Made by a program: the position numbers and the translations under genes. Positions 1 through 11,345 of a stretch of DNA of 64,000 nucleotides are shown in pieces (positions within the stretch are counted from its first letter, which is position 1; each line of letters opens with the position of its first letter). This DNA comes from Octopus sinensis (taxonomy: Eukaryota). A model generated the notes under the pieces. The model ran no database searches. It saw only the letters and a list, made by a program, of their open reading frames with translations, and was not told the origin of the DNA. Location of the stretch: assembly GCF_006345805.1 (NCBI RefSeq), contig NC_043000.1, forward strand, positions 105,772,001 through 105,836,000, given 5' to 3'.

Positions 1-2999
1 TAAGGACATGTGGTGTGATGACTCTTTAACTAGCATAGAAAGCAGATGTATAATGATGATAATTTTCTTACAAAAGAACTCAATTGCTTAAAATGTTAGG
101 TACACACATGCATAAATCTATCTTAACTACATTTTAGAGCCATTATAGCCATCTAATAATGCACAAAGCCTGTTACATTCACTATCCATTTATTTCAAAA
201 GGTGAAAATAACAATTTTTTCTTTGTGTTTTAGAAGGCTCTAGCCTTGCCCCTTTCATGAGATAATTGCTTCAGTTTCATCACACAATCTCAGAGCAGGC
301 CACTTGCCAAATTAGTACAATCTGAACTGTGCATATGTATGTATGTATGTATATATATATCATCATCATCATCATATATGCACACACACAATATACCAAC
401 TATAGTCAGTAAGTAATAAAAACATTACACTACTAACAACAAAATTCTAAGTTCAAACAAACCCTGTCAATGACTGGGTTTGCAGTATTATCTACAGATA
501 CATGACATTCAGCAATTCCCTGTTCACTCTACATATTCCACAACAAACTTGTAAACCACAAGGCTATCCAGCTATGAGGTAACAGCAACCCATGCAAATA
601 TTCAAAAATCAACCTGTATTATCATACAGAGATGCTAAAAATACTGAGTGACAGTGAGAAGGAAAGCAGAAAGAGTAACAGGCAGAATTTTAATTTGAGA
701 AGTTCTAGTTTCCAGCCATTTGGCTGTGGGCATGCCAAGGTACCAAGGTAAAAAAAAAAAAAAAAAAAAAAGGGTCAGTAGCAAAAATACAAGTCAGGTA
801 TTTAAAAATATATAGTCAAAGAAGGAAGGGAAATACACATGACCTTTGTTAGATTATAAGGTTGATGTGGAGGTTGAACTTATGTGTGCTGATGTCTGTA
901 AGAAAAAAACCTGAGCAAGGACTGAGCTACAGTGGACTACAGTTTGGGGAAGGAATAATTGGGAAAAGTGTCAAGTAGCTTCAATGGATCAGGTGGATTT
1001 TCAGTGAAGGTGGTACACAGTTTGCTAGTTCAGAGAAGCAAAAAACCATTACAGCAGCCTCAGTCAGCTAGTGCTTGAAGTGAATATTTTATAATCAACT
1101 AGATGGTCTCTTACTGATCTTTGTGTATGTAGCAGCAGTGCTGTTCAGATATATAAGTAATACTTTAATGTGAGTTGCACTTGTGCTTTGTAGACTATCA
1201 GTAACTGATTAGGAGATTAAGATTTAAGTATTTTGGGGTATTGATAAGAAAGTCTAGACTTAAGGCTGGTTCAGTTGATTACACACCTCATTCAAAATGG
1301 TCAGCCTTGTATCAATAACTATCACAATTGATCCCAGTAGAACTTATGTGCAAGACAAAATACTGCAAGGTTTCTAATTCAGTATTCTACAATTTCTATA
1401 CAGAAGTTGATACAATGGACTACACTAACCACAACAAAAAACTGCTATTCATACAGTCAAAAGAAATTATTACTAATATTATTATATTAGCACTGTAATA
1501 GAAATAACTGTCTGATAGATATTTGTGACAAGCAACAGAATGGTGAATGTTGTTATAGCCACAGTGTGGTAGGATTTGCGACAGCACTAGAATGGTGTGT
1601 GTGTATCATTTGTACATGCTCATCACTAATGGTCTAAGTGTAGTGACAACGCCAGTAGTATGTTTTGTGATAGTACTTGAATGGTGAGAGATGCAGCACC
1701 AGTGATGAGTGTGTAAATGAGCTAGACTGATGAGTGTTGTGATTTGTGAATGCAGTATTCTTTTTAGACATAAGTGAAAAGCAGTCCCAACTGTTTTATA
1801 TAATATAATTAAGCTCAACTAGAACAACTTTTTAAATATTTGGAATTGTTAAGACAATGAAAATAAACAGAAATGCATTAGAAAATGGTGATCTATATTA
1901 GAAGACAAACATTTCAAAGTTAGTGCATTTCAGTGCATCTGTTAGTTTGCCTAGTAAACTATTTCAGCAAGCCCTGGTAGGTGGAGGTTAATAAGAATAA
2001 AACAATAAATTAATAAAGAAATTCACAAAATGTTGAGAGATAAAAATCATGTAAGACTCAAGAACAAACAAGGCTTTAAAATTTCAAGACAATTTACTAT
2101 TCTACATTAATAAGATGCTAGATGAAACAAAATATTTTTGTCAAAACCTAACACAACCTACCTGAATGATTTTATATCAGTACTAGCAGAATCATAGGCA
2201 GGTTGTGTGATACTAAATGCTTTAAGGGTATCTTTGTTGCAAATATCAATCTGATTTATCTTTCTTATTAGGTCGATTTTCTGGAGGAAAGCACGATTCA
2301 ATTACTATTTTTATGCTCAAATGCTTTATGCCTTAAGAAATTACACAAATCAATAACTAGAAAAGCTGTCAGAATCCTGATTATTGGGTCCCGTGTATGT
2401 CTCCTGTTGAAAACAATGTATTACTTCCCTAATCTTGAATTTAACTTTACACTAAATTGCTGCCATCACCACCAGTAACATTTGACTTACAATACCTGAT
2501 AAGCAGTACAATGAGCCAATGCGGGAATGTATCTATGATATTGGTAGGTCAAAATAATCATGAAAATAGTTGATTATGATAGTCAACACATATAAAATGA
2601 TAAGAATTAAGAAGATATTATACTGAGATGATGAACTGCAGTTGTCCAGCTTATTATTGCACACAAAAAGTAAACATTATTTATGATAATTGGAATCAGT
2701 TTTGTTGCAAGGCTTAGGTTTAAGATAATAACAAATCAATATCCAATAGGAGGACACCAATAATGTTTGAAGTCTCAATGTGTCTCAGACTTGACACACA
2801 TACTGAAAATTTCTACCAAGGATCTTAAAGCAAATGAAACCTATTGCTTCAAAAATTCATGCATAAAATTGAAATCTTTAAAGACTATTCCATATAGGCC
2901 AACTTGGAAAGGTGGATAAATTTCAAATGTTCAAACAATGGTACTGAAGAGGAAAAATTTATGACCACATATGTAAGACAAAATTTATTATTAACTTAC

Positions 3000-3291
3000 T
3001 GGCAACTATATAAGAATGCCCCGTGTGTGCAGGTTGAAGAATGGTGGCTTGTGACACTTGAACTTTTGGAATTGGTCCAGCATTCACAGCACTAGTCTGA
3101 GGTTGTTGTGTCAGCTGTTGAACAGGAGCTTGTTGTTGTGGAGCTTGTACTTGGTTTGGTTGAGGCTGCTGTGGTTGCTGCTGTTGCTGTTGTTGTTGCT
3201 GTTGTTGCTGCTGCTGAAGTTGTTGCTGTTGTTGCTGCTGCTGCTGCTGAACAACTTGTGCCTGAGTGACCACAGGTGACTTTGCAGTATT
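3000..3291 (-). CDS. RFX: Coding exon (polyQ/Q-rich activation region) of a probable RFX1/2/3-family transcription factor; gene continues beyond the left edge of the window
   Basis: Acceptor tttttttttaatcttcctaaacaaAG at 3293-3292 and donor GTAAGT at 2999. Open frame NTAKSPVVTQAQVV-Q10-L-Q14-PQQPQP...HTGHSYIVA, in phase 0 with the upstream exon. The SYIVA end resembles QYIVVT of vertebrate RFX1. The DNA-binding domain is not in the window. Confidence 0.7.
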
Positions 3292-3714
3292 CTTTGTTTA
3301 GGAAGATTAAAAAAAAAATGTTGATGTAAGTTATAGACAACATTAAAACATTATCAGAGCCATATCACATTTTTATGTTAGTGAAAGACACTTCTAATCA
3401 AGAAGAGCGAAGAGTACAAGAGTAGTTAGTTGATCACTAGTGACCTAGAAATTTAAAGTAGCAAATTATGACATAAGTTTTGATTTAATTCTCTCAACAT
3501 GTGAGGAGTTGAAAGTGAAAATGAAGAATTTAGAAGGATTTGAACCATAGTCTAGCAAACAATTTGAAAATCAAGAGAGAGACATTCATAAACCGAGCTT
3601 TGATTAGCATTAGGCAATAACTATTTCATCAGTGTTGAATATATTGTCAAAGATATTAGGAGTCACACATAGCTGTATGATTCTGGACTGCTGCCATACA
3701 ATAACAGTAGGGCA

Positions 3715-3885
3715 TGGATGAGAAAGACACCAACCACTTTGCCTGCAACAGCAAGACCAAACTGGTGGCCAAGATTAAAGAGGTGTTTGCAGATCTTCCT
3801 AGGGACAGTGAGGAATGTATGCACCAGATTCAAGAGCATTCTTAAGGTTGTTGTGGAAGCTGAGAGCAGCTACTATGGGTAAACT
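3715..3885 (+). mobile_element. Decayed Tc1/mariner transposase C-terminal fragment
   Basis: Frameshifted translation ACNSKTKLVAKIKEVFADLPRD...CTRFKSILKVVVEAESSY matches the typical Tc1/mariner C-terminal pattern. Confidence 0.55.
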
Positions 3886-5299
3886 GTTATCTCCCAACCA
3901 TAATCTAGTTGATATTTTTTGATTTTTCTAAATACTTTTATTTCTGGATGGGATGATGTATCGCTTTACCTTGTCAGCAAACTATCAAATTTAACCCAAA
4001 CATCCTGCATACACACGCACACATACTGCTGCCACTGTCACCACCTCTATCATTTTTTTAAATATCCACATCTCATGCTGCCATGACAGAATTCAATGGA
4101 TTGCATTGTGCTCCAATGTCTGCTTTAGAATCCTGATGCCTATGTGTGTGAATTCTGTCATTGTATGTTTACATTGCTGTTCATGTTTTGTAACCTCACA
4201 GTTCAACAAATAGAATTCAATAAAATAAGTAACAGACTGAAATAAACATTGGGATTAATATGAATGACTAAGCCTTTGAATGGCACTACTATTGTATGGC
4301 AGCAGTCCAAAATCATACAGCTATGTCTGACTCCTTATGTCATTGACAATATATTCAACACTGATAGATGCTCTTCCTAATGCCAACAACTTCATAGAAT
4401 GTATAGGGCTAGTGAGGTCACCATGCAAGTTGTAAGACTAAGATTGCCGTTTATTGAGTTGAGCTAAGAGAGAGGGGGGGGGGAGAGCAAGATGCTATGA
4501 AATGAAGGGCTAAAATATGAGAGAAGGGGTCAAAACCGAACAAATTTCTTGTTGTAGGGGAACTACATCTCACATTATAGCAGAAAGGATAGGATCAACT
4601 GGAGTGGAGCTGATATACATATATGTGTGGGAATGCATGTGTATATGTGTATAGTGGTGTAAAATAATGTGCAGTTGTCTCTTTATATCAAAAGATAATT
4701 TATCCATGATGATAAGCAGAGATAGTAAATTAATTTCCATTGCTGTCCTAAAAAGTCAATGACCAAAATCAATGAAAGTGTACATATATCATCATCATTT
4801 TTACATCACTTTCTTTTGTTCTGACAACTGAATGTTTTTGTCACCACACAATGTACTATTTCTTCTAATCCTTCAGACAATGAAGGACTAGGGGAAATAT
4901 ATTAACATGAGTCAGTATATATTCAGAGATATTGTTCACCAAGACTGTACTGCTGAATATGGACCACATTTCATGCATTTTATTTTTGGCTTTCACTTCT
5001 ATACCTAAATCCTCTTTTTAACACCAACCACTTTGCAGAGTGTAGTGGGTGTAATTTTTATGGTACCAGCAGTAGACAGGTTGCCATATCCTTGACAAGA
5101 CTAAAAGATCCTCTCAACCTCACACTTTACAGAGTATACTGGATGCATTTTCATATGGCACCAATGCTAGAGAGCCTCAAAGATTAGTGCTCTCAACCCA
5201 CACCTCTACTCACTTATCAACTAACCACTTAATAGAGTGTGAGGCATAGGTAATAAAAGCACGACTCATAGAGATGAGTAATAAGAACAATGTATTATA

Positions 5300-5865
5300 C
5301 AAGGGGGTACCCAAAAGAAACCGGAATTTTGCAACATGATTTTATTCACTTAGTTTTACATGCTTACACTTCCTCACTCAGAATTCATTGACAGGAGCTC
5401 CAGGACACACCAGTTATATCAATAAGTTTGTTAATTGTTCATTGACAGTTTTCCAAATTCAGTTCATGAATTTTCATGCTTCCATTTGTTTAGGTGATCG
5501 ATGGTTGTCCTGAATGAAATTGGTCTTCAAGCCACAAGTGACTATTCCTAAAGCATGGGAACCACTCATGAACTTGTGTTTTGCTCATGGCAGCATCCTT
5601 GTAAGCTGTTTGAAACATGACCACTGTTTTTCCCAGCAGAAAACAGAATTTCATGGAAGCAATTCAACCATTGCAAAAATTGATAAACAGGGGAGAAGCA
5701 CAGAAAAACAAAGATGCACCATGTAGCAGTACGAATTCAGATGACGCTGCCAGTCAGCAGACTGATGCCTGAGGGTCGCATCAAGAGGCTTCTAGCAGCA
5801 GAAGCCTGAACTACAATGGGTTGTCCCACAGGGAAAATTTCCAGTTACTTTTAGGTACCCCCTTG
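5300..5865. mobile_element. Non-autonomous Tc1/mariner-type element (MITE)
   Basis: Imperfect TIRs of about 30 bp: CAAGGGGGTACCCAAAAGAAACCGGAATTT / AAATTTCCAGTTACTTTTAGGTACCCCCTTG; TA on the left flank. Confidence 0.75.
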
Positions 5866-6347
5866 CGGAGAGGTGAGTGTCTGAGATATGTACATACATT
5901 CAAGGTAAATGTGATCAAAACAAAAGAGCAGTGATAGAAGGCAACATGGCCTAGGAAACAGAGTAATGAAAAAGGAAGAGCTAGAATGTGTGAAAAAAAG
6001 AGAATAACAGTATGATGGGAGCGAGTGAACAAGGAGATAATGGCAGCCCAGGAGGGAAGATGTAGGCAGTGTGCTGGGCACAATAGATCTGGTGTAGTCC
6101 CTTAACAGAGACCCCAAGATGGGCAGGAGAAGTCAAGTGGTGAAGTTGGTGGAAGGGGAATAGGAAGTAGATGGGTCCTCTACTAATGAATGGGGAATGA
6201 TAGAGAGCTGAATGATAGAGAGAAGAGTGACAGAAAATGAGAAGGTATCACATCACAGAGGAGGCAGCAATAGTAGACTTTGTTGTAATATCCACACACC
6301 CATACTCCCAAGCATAAACATGCATGTATATGATCATCATCATTTAA

Positions 6348-6561
6348 CCCTTTCATTACCATATTTCTGTTGAAATACACTGCCTTTTTTTCAATTAATT
6401 TTGAAAATAAAAAAAATAAAAAATTATTAAAATAACTCTGACATTATTCAGCTGGGGTTTGGAACATAAATTAACATGAAATTTTAATGTAGGTTACTTT
6501 AAAATGGGAAGTTTGTATCATAGGACCAAGGGCAGTTTCTGGTGGGTTGGTATCTAAAAGG
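6348..6561. mobile_element. Short TTAA-flanked piggyBac-like MITE (related copy at about 19857-20050)
   Basis: TTAA-CCCTTTCATTACC...GGTATCTAAAAGG-TTAA; internal sequence shared with 19857-20050 and with the end of the 14473-15527 element. Confidence 0.65.
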
Positions 6562-7153
6562 TTAATGTCCATTTTCTATACTGGCATGGCTGAACAGTTT
6601 GACAGGAACCGATGAGTCAGAGGACTGTGCTGAGCTCCAGTCTGTTTTGACATGATTTCTACAGCTAGATGCCTTCCTATTGCCAACCACTTTACACAGT
6701 GTAGTACTGATTGTTATTTTCATGACACCAGCACTAGTGAGATCAACAAGTAACTTACAAGACAAAATCCCTCAACTGAATGAGGTTTAGTATTGAAGGA
6801 TGTGAATATATGAGAGACAGGAACAGGTGTCTTGCTGAAGAAGATACACATAGATTCCCCAGTTGGGGATAGGGACGAAGAGAGAGAGATGGATGATAAA
6901 GGTGTACCTTCAAGGTACAACATGAATATAAGAGAGAGAACAAGCATAGAGGAACGGAAAGGGCGGCTAGCTAAGTTTGTGAGAGTGTGACAGATGATTA
7001 GAGATGGAGATTGAGGTAGATGTATGGTTGGTGGTGAATACCATTTTGGGGGAAGTGAAAGAATATGTGTATATATATAAATAAAGAAGGAAATGAATCT
7101 CCTATACAGAACAAAAGTTTGCACTTGTTAAATAGAGCTAAATAGAGTTATAT

Positions 7154-7450
7154 ACAGTGGCGGCCAAAATGTTCAGAATGGCATTGTTTTCGTCAGAAAA
7201 GTAGATATAATTTTTTAACAAAGTTACCATATAATTTTCACAGACAATAAATACGATATTATTTGTTATTGCCTGAGATTTTGGTGTAATTTGAGAGGAT
7301 AATACAAAAGTTATGGATGATTTAGTGATTTACTGCAAAACCCATGGCGGCCAAAATGATCAGAACGGTTGAAAAAATAACAAAATAATCAAAAATGACA
7401 GAGAATACTGGAATTATTTAATATTTAGTGTGAAGCCCTTTAGCTTCTGA
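7154..7450 (-). mobile_element. Tc1-like transposon end with IR/DR structure (truncated)
   Basis: TA-CAGTGGCGGCCAAAATGTTCAGAA terminus with inner direct repeat TGGCGGCCAAAATGATCAGAA at about 7345; reverse strand ends KGLHTKY*. Confidence 0.6.
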
Positions 7451-8649
7451 CATGGTCTTAGCTGGTCCAAGAAGACAGTTGCTCAAGGTGCCATACAAAA
7501 GACTGAACCTAAGACTACGAGGTTGCAAAGTGAATTTCTGAACAGCTATGCCTGCATCTATACAGTTTATAAACATTTCAATATGGTAACTTTAAGTAGA
7601 TGTTTTTCTTTTTGTACACAGAAAAATAAAGCATGAAAGAGTATTTGCATCCTCATCATAATTCTGAGTGGTTGTGGTTTGTTGACCACTCAGAAGAATG
7701 AAAGGACAAATACTCTCTCATGCTTCTCCTTCATGAGAACTTATAGTAAATGACTATTATATTGGATACAGCCATTCATAGATTACTAAAATCTGATTAT
7801 AAATCAGAACATGCCATACTCTGTTATATCCCTATACTCACCTCACAATATCTATATACTAGCATGTGAGATAAACAGAAGATTGACTCATTTTACAAAC
7901 ATCTTTCTTTTACTTCTTATACATGTATAATGTACATACATATAATGTTCATTATCTTCACATTCATCTGTCTGTGTTTTATCCTTTATATATTTTCATT
8001 ACTTTAGCTGTATTACTGCCACTTTATATACATATTTGGTTAAACCCGTGCTTCTGTATATTACGAACATGAGTGCATTGCTTCAGTTGATTTACATATC
8101 ATTTATATGTATGTACATATAAAGTTCATATTACTACATAGGTTTGCATAGATCTATAAGTTTATATATGTTTACAATAGTGTAACATTCAGGTATGGCT
8201 TCTTATATTGAGACAAGGCTCCAAATTTCAGGAATGGACATAGCAAATTGAACAATCAACCTCTGTATGACATTGATACTTATTTTATTGACTGAAAGTA
8301 GGAAAGAAATCTGCTCCAGTGGGATTTAAACTCAGAATGGGAAGGGGTGAAACTAAAAACAGAAGGCATTACATCTGACTAATCAACTATTGCAACCTTT
8401 CACCACTGTGACATAATCATTGCCACCACCCAAAATAAATGATAAGTTATGACAAATAATAGTTTAAGCAGAAATTAAACCAAGGCACATTTGGAATAAT
8501 CAGAGTTGAATTGAGAAAGATGAAATTGAGAGTGAGAAAAAGAAAAAGAAGATAAGCTGAATTAAAGTCAATATAAAAATAAATAATGTGAACATCATTA
8601 GATTCTTAGGTTAGTACATAATCTGAAACTGAACTCAATCCATACCTAC

Positions 8650-8709
8650 CTGTGGCACATTCGCAGGATTCATTGCCTGAAGGTCATTCACGAAAGTTTG
8701 TGTAGCCAT
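8650..8709 (-). CDS. RFX: First coding exon (exon 8650-8722, ATG at 8709): MATQTFVNDLQAMNPANVPQ, RFX1-like N-terminus
   Basis: Acceptor ttactttccattctttAG at 8724-8723 and donor CAG|GTAGGT at 8649. It has 20 codons and splices in frame to the 3291 exon. MATQTFVNDLQA resembles the recalled human RFX1 start MATQAYTELQA. Confidence 0.65.
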
Positions 8710-10359
8710 TGGACATTCAGTCCTAAAGAATGGAAAGTAAATATAAATAATAAATCACTGAGTTGTTAATTATATTTCAGGTTCCACAAAGGTCGATCAG
8801 TTGGAGCAAAGGAAACCAAACAAAACAACAAAGTTCTGAATAAAGATCATATATAGATCATAAATAACCCATTCTCTTATGATATTCCATTAACATTAAG
8901 GCCTCAGTCAGCCACTCTAAATAATTATGATGAGAAAAATAAACTTTTGTTCAATGCATTCAACTTTTATTTAAATTTCCAACCAACTTGATTTTAAGTT
9001 TTTTTTGAGTTTAGTTTTCACCAGGTTACCTTTCCTACATTTACTTTTCCTATATTAGCTTAGGTGGGGGGTGTCCTTTCATGGAACGAATGTTTTTTCC
9101 ACAAAATCAGACATGTAAAACAAGCAAAGCAAAATTATGAACACTGTTCAGGGATACGATATAATGGTCGCACTTAGTATCATCAGAACTCTTGACTATG
9201 TAGTCGGTGTTTCAGCCATCATTATGCCATATCTTTTAAATGATTTTTCTTTCTTTGTAATATCTGTTAAGACACACTTTTAGCAATGACTTTAAGCTGT
9301 TGTTTAGTTTTAGGTCAAGACCAATTGGGCTGAGCTATGATTAAAGGCATTCCAGTTGTGATCAATCCCTTTTGAGGGATGGATGGATGGAAGTGAACTA
9401 GTTTACATTATCTGATGTGCGTCTTTTCTTTTGACAGCATTTCTAGCAAATCAAGTGAGCACATACAGCTTCCTTGTTGGCTTGACTCCAACATGTAAAG
9501 ATCCAAAAAGCAACTGTGATGGCATGGTATTTTAAGAAGAAAAGAAAAAAAACATGAGGGAAAGAGCCAAAGGACAGTTCATTAATTAGGTACCTTGGTG
9601 CATTAGAATCTTCTCAGGAGACTGAATCAGAGACTAGATTTTGATTTTCAGTAAGAATCGTTTTGCTTTATCATTCTTCCAGGCATTTGATGTGCTTACA
9701 TCATTGACAATTTTCTCTCCATTGTACACAAAGCTAGGGTACCTGTGTTCTTCTCCACTCAGTGTTAATACTGAAACACTTCAGATTACAGCCACGACAA
9801 CACCCACTCTACTACCACATATTGAAGTAACATTGTCACTTTATATATTTACGGTAACTATATGAATGAACCATTTCTTTTTTAAGATGGCAGGGCATGA
9901 TCTAAAGATCAGTTTGCTATTTCTTGTATGCCAAGTGACAATCTAAAAGTTCCTTTGGTGGCTTAAATGGTATATGTGTGTGTGTGAGTGTGTATACACA
10001 CACTGGTTTAAATAAAAAGGAGAAGTATTCAATACCACAGTAGAGTAGTTTACTGAGATTGGTCCAGCAGCCTGTTACTCAGCTCTGGAGTTTCTCCAAC
10101 ATATATCCAGTTCTCCAGACAAGTTGTTTAACCCCAGGTTAGCCACTGATCTATTTATTAATAAACATATTTGCATATATGTGAGTAGTTTAAATATATA
10201 TATAGCTGATGTTGTTGCTGGCAGCGAAGAAGCCCAGCTTCTCCAATTTATTCCACATGTACCCGAAGAGCATAAAACAATATGTTAGTAGTGGTTAAGT
10301 TCGTGGGCTAAGATTCCGAGTTCGATTCCAGGCAGTAACCTGAATAATAATATTATTTA

Positions 10360-10520
10360 ACTACACTCAAGGAGTGGTTGGCGTTAGGAAGGGCATCCAG
10401 CTGTAGAAGCATTGCCAGATAAGACTGGAGCCTGGTGCAGCCTTCTGGCGTCCCAGATCCCCGGTCGAACCGTCCAACCCATGCTAGCATGGAGAACGGA
10501 CGTTAAACGATGATGATGAT
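10360..10520 (+). repeat. 3' tail of an abundant retroposon ending in (GAT)n (RTE-LINE-type tail)
   Basis: GGAGTGGTTGGCGTTAGGAAGGGCATCCAGCTGTAGAA...GGACGTTAAACGATGATGAT, recurring many times in the window. Confidence 0.75.
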
Positions 10521-11306
10521 ATACTCATATACACAAGCCCACACTGACATAAACACAGCAATTAACATTTCTTTCTGTATGCATTCACATTTGCTCAGAA
10601 TTTCCATGAAGAGATTCAAAATGTCAATTTTTTCCCTTCTTATAGTTTATAGCAATGACAGATAGTGGTAAACCCCATCTTCTCTTTGATTCCAGAGAAG
10701 AACCAACCTGAAGAAGCATCAGAAGCTACTTCTTTAATGATTTGAAGTTCTGCACCTGTCAGCTGAATATTTTGAGTATTTTTGCACTAAAAGTTCCATT
10801 ACATAATCCTTGTAAAAAGAACTCAAATTTACTGATATACCTTCACAGTTGTGTTAGAGTGCATAATGAAAAAAAAATCAATATTTTCATTAATCTGAGT
10901 GGTTTTTTAGTTACCCATTAAGTATTATTGAGTAGAAATCTATAATTACACAATACTAGACTTTTCTTCACTTGAGTAGGAAATCATTTGTTCATATAAA
11001 AGAACAACCTTTTCTAAGAAACACTGTTAATAACATAAGGAAGATAATAAAACTCTTATTTGCCCAACACTGTACAAATATCCTTGAACAAGGGCAATAA
11101 ATAAATAACGTCTAAAAAGGAAGTTTTACAAATATTTAATTATTTCAGTTTGTATGAATACATGTTAGTATGCTTACAAACACACATTCATCAGGTTTGG
11201 TGAAGATGGCCACCACAGAAACATCTAGTCCATTGTTGATTTTTTAAAATGGAAAAAAAAAAAAAGTTAATATTAAGATGCATATTTATATTACAAATTA
11301 CATATA

Positions 11307-11345
<39 letters not shown>

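Noticed and set aside
844-895. Exon-like segment on the minus strand (tttttttcttacAG acceptor, AAG|GTCATG donor) as the next RFX exon
   Set aside because: Stop codons in all three frames; cannot be supported as coding.
3058-3343. Poly-Leu (+) and Ala/Thr-rich (-) ORFs
   Set aside because: Alternative frames of the CAG/CAA polyQ exon.
10258-10290. CCGAAGA-GCATA...TATG hammerhead-like half
   Set aside because: Truncated before GAAA; no stem III or cleavage site.
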